From Escherichia coli 042 (GTDB taxonomy: Bacteria; Pseudomonadota; Gammaproteobacteria; Enterobacterales; Enterobacteriaceae): a stretch of 64,000 nt of DNA. The notes below the pieces were generated by a model that saw only the letters and a list, made by a program, of their open reading frames with translations, had not been told where the DNA came from and made no database searches. The stretch lies in the NCBI RefSeq assembly GCF_000027125.1, contig NC_017626.1; one strand, written 5' to 3'. The position numbers were made by a program, and so were the translations under genes. Shown here piece by piece: positions 27,411 to 35,788 of the stretch; the stretch's first letter is position 1, and each line of letters opens with the position of its first letter.

Positions 27411-27707
27411 TTATTTTCTGAAGCTGTCTGAATATCTAACCAACATAGCAGCAACCATTTCAAAGTTAACCTGATTAATATCACCGTTATTACCCTCTTG
27501 GGCAGTGAATATTTCAAAGTTGTTCTGAATGTGGTCAATCGCATGGATAATAAATGGACTCATAAAATCCGGGTCATCTAGATAATCATTAGCATCCCCA
27601 TCGCCATTAACTTCCATGAACATATTCCAGCTTGTGGCAAATGATCTACATGCAAGGTCATAGAACAGTTCAGTTGATTTATTAATACCTATCTTCTCTT
27701 TAAACAT
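27411..27707 (-). CDS. hypothetical small acidic protein
   Basis: 98-aa ORF, Asp/Asn-rich (…EVNGDGDANDYLDDPDFMSPF…). No family recognised. Confidence 0.5.
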   Translation of the reverse strand: MFKEKIGINKSTELFYDLACRSFATSWNMFMEVNGDGDANDYLDDPDFMSPFIIHAIDHIQNNFEIFTAQEGNNGDINQVNFEMVAAMLVRYSDSFRK

Positions 27708-27758
27708 ATTTATATCCTCATAGTTAAATGCTTATTTAATTCATTGTGTTTTTTATTA

Positions 27759-27772
27759 GCCCCTTCCGGGGC
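27759..27772 (-). other. intercistronic GNRA-loop hairpin
   Basis: The minus strand reads GCCCCggaaGGGGC followed by UAA. It lies 15 nt after the stop of 27787..28146. Confidence 0.6.
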
Positions 27773-27786
27773 CGAATACGCGGTTA

Positions 27787-28146
27787 TTAGCTCATACTAA
27801 AAAGTAATGCTTGAGTATGTACATATCTCATTTCATGCATAACTTTATCCATATCAACATAAATCAGTCTTTCTCTTTTACCTGCCTCTTCCATATGTTT
27901 ATCAAAGCGCTTTTCCAGATATTCTTTAACATGCAAAAGATATGATTCAGTTCTATTACTATCTAACATTATGGCTTCCAATACCTCATACTCTTCCTGC
28001 TCTTTATATATACGTATTCCTGTGATATAAAGATTCTTCGCCATAGCAGTAAAAACTTTAGTTGATGAGTCCTTAATGTTATTTAGTTCTTCAGTATTCA
28101 TATAGTTACTCCATATTTTTTGATATATAGCCCCCTGCATTTTCAT
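27787..28146 (-). CDS. hypothetical protein
   Basis: 119-aa maximal ORF. The internal ATG 28101 has a better SD (tatGGAGtaactat). No family recognised. Confidence 0.5.
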   Translation of the reverse strand: MKMQGAIYQKIWSNYMNTEELNNIKDSSTKVFTAMAKNLYITGIRIYKEQEEYEVLEAIMLDSNRTESYLLHVKEYLEKRFDKHMEEAGKRERLIYVDMDKVMHEMRYVHTQALLFSMS

Positions 28147-28280
28147 GCATTATTTTGAGAGCAGCTTATTTTTTCGTTTTATTATGATGATAAGTTCGAT
28201 TGTGTTTACATATGACCTCCCACGTTTATATTTTTAGTTAATAGACTAACCAGCTACCGAAACCATTATTATTTTGATTT

Positions 28281-28499
28281 TTATGCTACTTTATTACGTG
28301 ATAAAGTAATCTTTTCATCAATCCACTTATCTATATCACTCTCTAAGAATGCTATTGCTCTTTCACCAAGTTTTATTGGCGATGGGAATTCATTACGACT
28401 AATCAAACGATAAATCCACGCTTTACATAAACCAGTACGATTTAATACTTCTGGTAAACGAATAAGTCTTTTACTGTTTGATACTACATTAGTATTCAT
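28281..28499 (-). CDS. AlpA-family (MerR-superfamily) phage/island transcriptional regulator or excisionase
   Basis: 72 aa from ATG 28499 (SD gtgAAGGAGataaag). ...KRLIRLPEVLNRTGLCKAWIYRLISRNEFPSPIKLGERAIAFLESDIDKWI is the classic AlpA/Xis HTH pattern. Confidence 0.85.
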   Translation of the reverse strand: MNTNVVSNSKRLIRLPEVLNRTGLCKAWIYRLISRNEFPSPIKLGERAIAFLESDIDKWIDEKITLSRNKVA

Positions 28500-28654
28500 C
28501 TTTATCTCCTTCACGTTGTTCTCGATAGAGATAATTATCGTATTTTTTCTAGGAGCTAACTAGGGGTGTTCAGGCGAGAGATTTTAACGCTAAAGTGAGT
28601 TTTGATGAGTTTCGGGGAAGTTCAACCGGAGTGAAGTTCCCCATTTTTTGCTTT

Positions 28655-29521
28655 TTACTTTTCTTGTTCTTCTTGCTCGTCTTCGGGTAAGTAGTAGTTG
28701 ATGAAACTCCACACTTTCCAATCCCTGTCAGAGTCGTATTTAACTATAAAATCGCCTAACGATTTGATGTAGCTCTGGTTGGTCATAAAACCTACAGCCA
28801 AAGGATAATCAGTATCTTTTACCATGCCTTCACTGCGGTTATTTTCACTAATCAGATGAGGGTAAAGCAACCTCGTCAGCAGCGCTATACCAATTTTGGT
28901 GTTGTTCTTTTTCTCCCAGAACATGAGATCAAACATCGGTATAAGATTATATTTCATAACTTTTTTGATCGTACCGACCCCAAAACGATAACCTCTTTCT
29001 TCATGGGGCCTCACCTTAAGCTCCTTCTTCCATCGCGGTATCATCGTTTTCAGATGCTCAATGATGTCTTCTGTAGAAGCCTCTGAGAGATGAATTTCAA
29101 CAAACATGACATCTTTACTGATGCCCGCTTGATTAAGGTATTGCGAAAGCTGCCTTGACCTCTTAGCCTCTTCTTGCGGGCCAATAAGTCTATTCACCAT
29201 ATCAACAGCCCCAATAACATCTTTCGCACCAGCAATAGTCAGTGGATTTGCTATGTAGCTTGATGAAAGGATTTCTTCTGGCTTGTCAATTTTAGCGTCC
29301 TCATTAAAGAGGACTTGCCCGGACTGTATCTTCTGCTCATGATCATCAACAAGAGCTTTAAGTTGGGGTTTAAGCGAATCGTATTGGGTGAGCAGATTGT
29401 AAGCAAGAACACGTCTTTCTACTTCTATGTATATCTGTTCAACCGTCAGCTCGTTCAGCACATTATACTTGTCAACGTCGAACCATTTAGTCACTACCTT
29501 TACTATTTCTGTTCTCGTCAT
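28655..29521 (-). CDS. hypothetical protein (288 aa)
   Basis: Long ORF translationally coupled to the upstream gene by an ATGA overlap at 29518-29521. No family recognised. Confidence 0.65.
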   Translation of the reverse strand: MTRTEIVKVVTKWFDVDKYNVLNELTVEQIYIEVERRVLAYNLLTQYDSLKPQLKALVDDHEQKIQSGQVLFNEDAKIDKPEEILSSSYIANPLTIAGAKDVIGAVDMVNRLIGPQEEAKRSRQLSQYLNQAGISKDVMFVEIHLSEASTEDIIEHLKTMIPRWKKELKVRPHEERGYRFGVGTIKKVMKYNLIPMFDLMFWEKKNNTKIGIALLTRLLYPHLISENNRSEGMVKDTDYPLAVGFMTNQSYIKSLGDFIVKYDSDRDWKVWSFINYYLPEDEQEEQEK

Positions 29522-29889
29522 TTTTTCCTCAACTCATTCACAGCAATTTGCGGAAGCGTCAATACTGACTTAAGACTTACTTCAATTCGACTGATGATTG
29601 CTTCTCGTGGGCCACTACGCCAACCCGCACTTGCGTAGAAATCATCAAGAATGCTTTTCATCTGTTCTTCACTTTCAAAAGCCCGTATGAGGTAGTAGCT
29701 GTCAGCATCGTGCAGAGAGTTTCCATACGCAACCACATCTATACCGTTCCGGGTATGAAGTGGAACACTGACTTCATACATGATCTGATGGAACTCCTCA
29801 CCAGAATCTTTTTTCAGGGTGTATTGTAGTATTTCGACGATCCTATCCTTCATACCTTCTCCATCAATGACCATGAGAAACTGTTTCAA
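29518..29889 (-). CDS. NIPSNAP-like / dimeric alpha-beta barrel protein
   Basis: ...DRIVEILQYTLKKDSGEEFHQIMYEVSVPLHTRNGIDVVAYGNSLHDADSYYLIRAFESEEQMKSILDDFYASAGWRSG... fits the NIPSNAP-type pattern as I remember it. The start may be an internal Met. Confidence 0.5.
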   Translation of the reverse strand: MKQFLMVIDGEGMKDRIVEILQYTLKKDSGEEFHQIMYEVSVPLHTRNGIDVVAYGNSLHDADSYYLIRAFESEEQMKSILDDFYASAGWRSGPREAIISRIEVSLKSVLTLPQIAVNELRKK

Positions 29890-30248
29890 TGACGCTAACG
29901 CATTCGGTAGGTTAAATGAAGAAAAGCTGACGCAGAGGATGTGAGTTCAACTTCGAGTAGGTAGCTGAACTGTTGAATGTGTTATCTTTCAGCATTGTTT
30001 GACGTCAAACGTTCAGCAGTTTCGCTAAATGGTTCCACAATTGAACCCTTAATTAAAAATTAAATCAAAATTCCAATATAAATCAATTTATTAAAGCACT
30101 AATTACAGGGACGCCAGCCAATCATGATTGGACGGTGCAAGGACAACACCAACAAAAACAGGAAGTTAGAAGTCTCAGCAAGACACCGACCAGACGGTGA
30201 GGAGACATAAAAGGATACGCAAAGGAGCCGCGGCTCCTGGTGATATGA

Positions 30249-30272
30249 AAGCCCACAGATGTGGGCTTTTTC
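30249..30272 (+). terminator. intrinsic terminator (plus-strand orientation), abutting the ypjA stop
   Basis: aAGCCCACagatGTGGGCTttttcg. The T-run is on the plus strand only. Confidence 0.7.
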
Positions 30273-30280
30273 GTTGATGG

Positions 30281-33200
30281 TTAGAACGACCAGTTCACAC
30301 CAGCTACCGCGTTCCACGGGGATTCCACACCGGCACCATGGCTATACCCCACCCCGAGATGCCCGCTTAATGAACTGCTGAATGAGGCTTTAATACCTGC
30401 CTGGTATATTCCACGTCTGCCCGACAAATCATTGACAAAATTACCGTCATTATTCACTTTCACCCGGTTATCATCGACAAATTCTTTGCGCACAGCCGCC
30501 TTCAGCCACGGCTCAACTTCCATACCGTTCCCCAGACGCATGTTGTAACTCAGCGTTGCGCCCAGTTCACGATATATACTGCGGGTATCGACTGATTTCG
30601 ATTCCATGCCATTGGATAAATGATATTCGGGGTTATCAGCGGTGAACCCCGTTAACGATGCATACGGCGTCAGGTTCCAGTTACCATCGGTAAATCGCAT
30701 CCCGGTTTCAATGTGACCGCCCAGCCCGTTGCTGCGATAACTGCCGTTGGCGGCTCCACCGCTGCTCATTTTACCGGCTACGTTACTTTCAAAACGGTTC
30801 AGCTTCACGATACCGTCCAGATAGAAACCACTTTCATGTTCCCAACTGGCATAGCCGCCCAGAGAATAACTGCCCACACTGCCATGTCCTCCGCGATCAA
30901 AACCGATATGTGAATGGGAATAACCCATAAAAGCGCCCAGCGTGGCAATTCCTTCAGGAATATCATTACGGCTGTCGATCCCCACGGTCATTCCGGTCAG
31001 CGTCTGCTCAAACCCGGCACCCGCATCGGTGGTGACATTATTACGGGTGTTATACGTCGCCCCCCAGACATTATTGTTGTGTGGACTCGCTTTCATTATG
31101 TTCAACCGCTCGCGAATACTGTTTAGCTCAGCATCAAATACCAACGGTAATGTTGCTGCCATATTGAGTACGGCTGCCGTAGAAGGCGTGATGCGTTTCT
31201 CCGGGACGGGTGTCGGCGTTGGATCGGGAGTCGGGTCTGGTTTCGGATCCGGTTTTGGGTCTGGTTTTGGATCCGGTTTCGGATTTGGGTTGGGGTCCGG
31301 GTTGGGTTTGACATCATTGGTCAGGTTCCAGTTGCTGTTGCCGTCGCTTTTCAGGACATACTCATAGGTCCCAAGATCAACGAAACCGCCGGTATTACCC
31401 AGCGTAAACGAAGCATCCCCTCCCCCTGTTTTCACCAGCGTCATCGCGTCGTCAGACTGAGGGCTGACGCCGGTATCCTGAACAAAGATTTTAAAATTAC
31501 CAGTGGCGTTGTTGTTGACGACCAGTTGATCGCCCCGGGAGCCTGCAACGTTGGTATGCAGGTAGAAATTACCGCTGCCGGAAAGTTCACTGGTGGTCAG
31601 CGTATTGTAGATACCGTTAGTTGTGGCAGGCGCTGCTGTTTGTGCTGATAAATAAACATCACCGTCGTTGAGAAGCAAACTGTTTACTCTATATTCGCAG
31701 TTGCTGGTGCCTGCACAGGAATTATTGCTGTTAAGCCAGACACTGCCCCGGCTGGCAGCCGTCAGGTCGGCAAGCGTCGTATCGACGCCATTTCCGATAG
31801 TTAATGTCGCGCTATCGGTAATCCGGACCACCCCTTCAAGTTTAACTGGCGTAACATTATCCCGTGGCGTCATTAACGACAGGCTTCCTGTCGCGCCACT
31901 GACCGATGCATCCGCCAGCGTACCTGCGTAGACGATTGCCGTCCCGCCAGCGATCAGTAGATCTTCTGCCCGGGCCAGAGCCTGAAACTCATCTTTTGAC
32001 CGACCGAGGGTATATTGCCCACCGGAATTAACCTTTGTGGCGAAGTCCTGACCCAGGTTTTGCATTGCCCCACCGTTGCCAACCGTGGAATCGCGAGCTT
32101 CGGTACCTGCTAATACCAATAAATTACCGCCATTTTCCAGCAGCACATTGGTCGCTAAATTTCCGGCAATGGAAAAGGTGCCGTACTGGTGAGTACCGCT
32201 GATTTCAATACCGTTAGCCGTGCTCGTCTGGAGAGCGGCACCGCTGTTCTGGATGATATCTGTCGCTTTGCCATTATCGTTGACTGTCAGCGTACCGCCT
32301 TCATTAATCGTTGTTTTTACTGCCTCACCGTTAGCCGAAACTGTTTGTATTCCGCCGTCGTTAATCGTTGTCTCATTCGCCACCCCCTCGACGATTTGTT
32401 CGCCGCCGGTGAGCGTCGTGCCTGTCGCAGTGGCTTTTGTTTTGACGATCTCCCGCCCGCCCGCATTGACCTGTGTTTTGGCGGAAGTGGTGTCTGACTC
32501 CACGGTTAACACGCCGCCATTTGCCAGCAGGATATTGTTCGCCGCATCCTGCTCAATGCTGAACGCGACGCCATCAGCGCGTGTCCCTGTGACCCGCGTC
32601 GCTCTGGTGGTTGCAACCAACGCGCCCTGGCTACTTTGCTGTATCCCCGTTGCGCTGCCTTTCTCCCGCACATCGAGAGTGCCGCCTTCATTAAGCACCG
32701 AGTTTTCAGCCAGACCGCCCTCATTAACTACCTGTGAACCGCCATTAATAATGGAACCTTCCGCTGTCCCGTTTACCATAATTTGTTGTAGGCCAGAGAC
32801 GATATCGGTATTGATCGCCTTACCATAATTCTGAACGGTTTGCGTACCGCCATTGATGTGCGTTTTGTCTGTTGACCCACCATCAACAATTTGTTCACCA
32901 CTTTCAATATTTGCATCAGTGGCTAAACCATATACCGTTTGCTTGCCACCTTTGATATTTGCTTTTTCAGAAGTGGCACTGGCATATATTGTTTGGGTAC
33001 CAGCACTATTAAGTACAGTACCAACATCTTTTCCATAAACATCCATTTTGCCGTTGGCATTAATAATCGTGTCAACTGCCCGGGAACCAGTGACGACTGT
33101 TAATGAGCCAGCGTTTTCCAGCACTACATTTTTAGCTTCTGAATTCCTGATGTAGAAAACATCACCATAACTGTTGGTTCCTTCGATAAGTGTTCCGGAA

Positions 33201-34855
33201 GTCGTGGAAGCAATTAATGCGCCGCCGGATTGTTGCTCAACATGCTTAGCCTCACCACCGTCCTGAACCTCCAGAACGCCACCATTATTAAGTCTGATGG
33301 TATCTGTTTTAGCCTCCTTCTGGACAATCAGCTTACCGCCAGCATCAACGGTAGTATTTTTCGCCGAGGTTTTAGCCATTACCGTCAGTTCGCCGGTATT
33401 TTCCAGCACAACATAATTAGCCTCTCCTCCGGTAATAGTGAAGTGAGAGAGCTTGTTGTATCCTTCGATATCAGTCCCTGCGCCCGTGTTGGCAACTAAA
33501 GCACTGCCCGTCTCCTGGTTAACCCCATGTGCAATACCGCCGGTATAGACAATCAGCGAGCCTCCGGCGCTAATATTGCTGCCAGTTGCCGTACCATCTT
33601 TCTCAACAACCTGCCGGCTCCCAGAGGATATATTTGTCGTGTCAGCTTTCCCGCCGCTCTTGATATTTTGTGTTCCGCTGTTGATATTGGTGCCCGTGGC
33701 AATACCATAATTATTAATATTCTGTGTGCCACCATTAATTATGGTATTTGTCGCTTTTCCGGCAACATCCATAACGCCGCCATTATCTATTCGGGTCGCA
33801 TCAGCTTTAGCATTCGTTAAAACTGACATTGTTCCTTTATCTTTAATAATCGTCTTATTTGCCGAACCATATGCGTTTATGTCTAAATGACCACCGTTTT
33901 CCAGCAACACATTCTCTGCCACGGTATTGTGGATGGAGAATGCCCCTTCACTATTCGTACCGCTCACCGTCGTACCGTTAGTGTTTGTTTTTAAAATTGC
34001 ACCATCGTGCTGGGTAACATTTGTTGCCGTACCACCACTAACATCAAGCACGCCACCGGAATAAACTTCAATAACATCCGAGGTGCTGGTGTAATCAACA
34101 ATTTGCGTACCACCAGAATAGATCTGAGTATTTTTTGCCGTTGACTTACTATTCAGAGACTGAGTTCCGCCTTCAATCGTCGTGTCCAGCGCACGGCTCT
34201 CATATACTCTTTGCTCACCGCCATTTTTAATGGTGGTTGTTTCTACTGTGCTCTGTTCAACATACTGTCGACCACCATTTATGGTTGTGTTCGTCGCCAG
34301 ACTTCCTTGCGTGATGTCCTGATAACCGGACTTATTTATCGTTGTACCATCAACATGCCCCTGAGTTGATACTGACTGGCCTCCACCATCAATGATTGTT
34401 CCATTTGCAGTCCCCCCCTCTATGCGTGAAGTACCGCCCTTAATTGTCGTGTCATTGCTGGTACCACCTTTATAAACATATTGATTACCACTTTCGATTA
34501 TCGTGCCAGTAGAAATTCCTCCGTACTCAATTGACTGTCTGCCTCCATTAATGGTTGTATTATTAGCTTGCCCGTTAATATCGGCATGGATTGATACTAG
34601 TTGCTCGCCACCAGTTTCAATAATACTACTATTAGATATCCCACCATAGACCTCCTGCCGGCCATGGTTGATAATATGTGTGTTATTTGTTGTACCTCGT
34701 TCATCTACTCGTTGGTTGCCATCTACAGTCTCATCGTTTACCACACCAATAACATTAGTAGTGAAGGCCGCCATCCCGGGCTGGGCATATATTAAGGCAG
34801 ATATCAATAAGGAAAGTACTGAGCGGCGAAAATAATAGGGACTGGTCCTGTTCAT
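30281..34855 (-). CDS. ypjA: AIDA-I/Ag43-type autotransporter adhesin (YpjA-position orthologue)
   Basis: From ATG 34855: MNRTSPYYFRRSVLSLLISALIYAQPGMAA signal peptide. About 1000 aa of imperfect roughly 19-aa beta-helix repeats (…GG.Q.V..GG.A..T.I..GG…). A Pro-rich linker PNPDPNPNPKPDPKPDPKPDPKPDPTPDPTPTPVP. A C-terminal beta-barrel ending ...GVESPWNAVAGVNWSF. It occupies the same chromosomal position as K-12 ypjA. Confidence 0.85.
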   Translation of the reverse strand: MNRTSPYYFRRSVLSLLISALIYAQPGMAAFTTNVIGVVNDETVDGNQRVDERGTTNNTHIINHGRQEVYGGISNSSIIETGGEQLVSIHADINGQANNTTINGGRQSIEYGGISTGTIIESGNQYVYKGGTSNDTTIKGGTSRIEGGTANGTIIDGGGQSVSTQGHVDGTTINKSGYQDITQGSLATNTTINGGRQYVEQSTVETTTIKNGGEQRVYESRALDTTIEGGTQSLNSKSTAKNTQIYSGGTQIVDYTSTSDVIEVYSGGVLDVSGGTATNVTQHDGAILKTNTNGTTVSGTNSEGAFSIHNTVAENVLLENGGHLDINAYGSANKTIIKDKGTMSVLTNAKADATRIDNGGVMDVAGKATNTIINGGTQNINNYGIATGTNINSGTQNIKSGGKADTTNISSGSRQVVEKDGTATGSNISAGGSLIVYTGGIAHGVNQETGSALVANTGAGTDIEGYNKLSHFTITGGEANYVVLENTGELTVMAKTSAKNTTVDAGGKLIVQKEAKTDTIRLNNGGVLEVQDGGEAKHVEQQSGGALIASTTSGTLIEGTNSYGDVFYIRNSEAKNVVLENAGSLTVVTGSRAVDTIINANGKMDVYGKDVGTVLNSAGTQTIYASATSEKANIKGGKQTVYGLATDANIESGEQIVDGGSTDKTHINGGTQTVQNYGKAINTDIVSGLQQIMVNGTAEGSIINGGSQVVNEGGLAENSVLNEGGTLDVREKGSATGIQQSSQGALVATTRATRVTGTRADGVAFSIEQDAANNILLANGGVLTVESDTTSAKTQVNAGGREIVKTKATATGTTLTGGEQIVEGVANETTINDGGIQTVSANGEAVKTTINEGGTLTVNDNGKATDIIQNSGAALQTSTANGIEISGTHQYGTFSIAGNLATNVLLENGGNLLVLAGTEARDSTVGNGGAMQNLGQDFATKVNSGGQYTLGRSKDEFQALARAEDLLIAGGTAIVYAGTLADASVSGATGSLSLMTPRDNVTPVKLEGVVRITDSATLTIGNGVDTTLADLTAASRGSVWLNSNNSCAGTSNCEYRVNSLLLNDGDVYLSAQTAAPATTNGIYNTLTTSELSGSGNFYLHTNVAGSRGDQLVVNNNATGNFKIFVQDTGVSPQSDDAMTLVKTGGGDASFTLGNTGGFVDLGTYEYVLKSDGNSNWNLTNDVKPNPDPNPNPKPDPKPDPKPDPKPDPTPDPTPTPVPEKRITPSTAAVLNMAATLPLVFDAELNSIRERLNIMKASPHNNNVWGATYNTRNNVTTDAGAGFEQTLTGMTVGIDSRNDIPEGIATLGAFMGYSHSHIGFDRGGHGSVGSYSLGGYASWEHESGFYLDGIVKLNRFESNVAGKMSSGGAANGSYRSNGLGGHIETGMRFTDGNWNLTPYASLTGFTADNPEYHLSNGMESKSVDTRSIYRELGATLSYNMRLGNGMEVEPWLKAAVRKEFVDDNRVKVNNDGNFVNDLSGRRGIYQAGIKASFSSSLSGHLGVGYSHGAGVESPWNAVAGVNWSF
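31200..31315 (-). repeat. short tandem repeats encoding the (K/T)PDP proline-rich linker
   Basis: ggatccggttttgggtctggttttggatccggtttcggatttgggttggggtccgggttgggt: 6- and 12-nt periodic units within the autotransporter gene. Confidence 0.7.
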
Positions 34856-35252
34856 AAATTTCATCCTCTGAAAAGTGAATACTGAGTAGCGTTTAAGCGA
34901 CCTTAGCTTTGCTGCAACATCAGCCCACAGGCACCAGACCAGGGGATTCATCCTGAAGAGACAGCGCAAGTGTATTGTGTTCACCGCTCATCAAAGACAT
35001 CATGATGAAATGATGATATTCCGCATAAGAATGAGGCATTTTTTTAAGACATTGTGCTGAAGGATGATTGGATAAAAAAGTCAATCTTTTCAGGAAATAC
35101 GGCGTATTCTTTTCTTTCGACATTGAAGCCGTCGGAAAAATAAAATGATTTACATAATCGTTTCTGATGAATATCTTCTGCTCACATAAAAATCACACAA
35201 TAACATTGAGATTGCAGATTGTTTTACTTTTACAGCTTTCGTCCCCTCATTG

Positions 35253-35381
35253 TTGGGCAAATATTGGTAGAGTCAGAGCACGAAAGTTAATACCACGTTC
35301 GCACAGCTCCTCCAACAGCACGGCAAGATGCCGCATACTGCGCCCCAGTAGGTTCAGTTTGCAGACAACCAGTGTGTCACC
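35253..35381 (-). pseudogene. pinH: serine recombinase/invertase fragment (pinH-like remnant)
   Basis: The minus strand translates to [43 protein letters not shown]. This is the central segment of Pin/Hin/resolvase-type recombinases (…GDTLVV.KLDRLGRS..HL…L..RGI.F.SL). The N- and C-termini are missing. Confidence 0.75.
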
Positions 35382-35384
35382 TAC

Positions 35385-35515
35385 CGATAATGTCCTGAGC
35401 CGTTTGTTCAGTCCGGCCCTGCTGCCACGGTTTTACGTTGAAGTGGTAACCCTGAGCACGCAGTTCATCAGTCAGGCATGGTGCACCATAACGCTGTTGT
35501 TGCTGGGTAAGATCA
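35385..35515 (-). mobile_element. IS3-family transposase (OrfB N-terminal) fragment fused to the pin remnant
   Basis: The minus strand translates to ...[25 protein letters not shown]..., the characteristic YGxxR(L/I)t.eLr..G...n.k segment of IS3-family OrfB. It is frameshifted thereafter and no IS ends are visible. Confidence 0.6.
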
Positions 35516-35618
35516 AAAAACTTTCAGGCAGCTAAGGAAAGTTGAATCAGACATTAGATGAAATATTTCAACCAATTACAGCACCAATTTAAACTCAGTA
35601 AATCACAGCGCAGATCAA

Positions 35619-35650
35619 GGGGTTACGTGAAAGCGTAGCCCCTTTTTCTT
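35619..35650 (+). terminator. orphan intrinsic terminator (plus strand)
   Basis: GGGGTTACGtgaaagCGTAGCCCCtttttcttt: a 9-bp stem including one G-T pair, then a T-run. No intact plus-strand gene lies upstream. Confidence 0.55.
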
Positions 35651-35788
35651 TGGTAGTAGCAGCAAAATGGTTGTAGTGTAAAAAATAATCCCGTTTAATC
35701 AATCAATAATACATATTGTTTCAATCTACGTTATTATCTCTTTGTAAAACCTGCAGTTTATTTATCATTGAAAACTGCTTTTAGAACT

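Larger units (their letters stand above)
3747..29950. mobile_element. genomic island integrated at the 3' end of ssrA (P4-type integrase); right boundary not resolved
   Basis: A tyrosine integrase gene begins 167 nt after the ssrA 3' end. The content is AT-rich and non-core up to the ypjA-side genes. AlpA-type regulator near the right side. No perfect ssrA 3'-end repeat was found. The only candidate is a degenerate match at 29937-29952. Confidence 0.6.

Noticed and set aside
30713-33820. Many 60-200-aa ORFs on the plus strand inside the autotransporter gene (e.g. 30942..31367, 32220..32828)
   Set aside because: They are antisense shadows of a long repetitive Gly/Thr/Asn-rich gene. The repeat composition keeps the reverse frames open.
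34856-35123. 43-codon N-terminal extension of the autotransporter ORF and the overlapping 67-aa ORF 34920..35123
   Set aside because: The signal peptide begins at Met 34855 (or 34864). The extension has no signal-like or conserved features. The 67-aa ORF has no RBS that I can see. Mentioned only as an unresolved 5' region.
35167-35535. 122-aa plus-strand ORF
   Set aside because: It lies antisense to clearly recognisable invertase and IS3 transposase fragments. It is an artefact of the decayed region.
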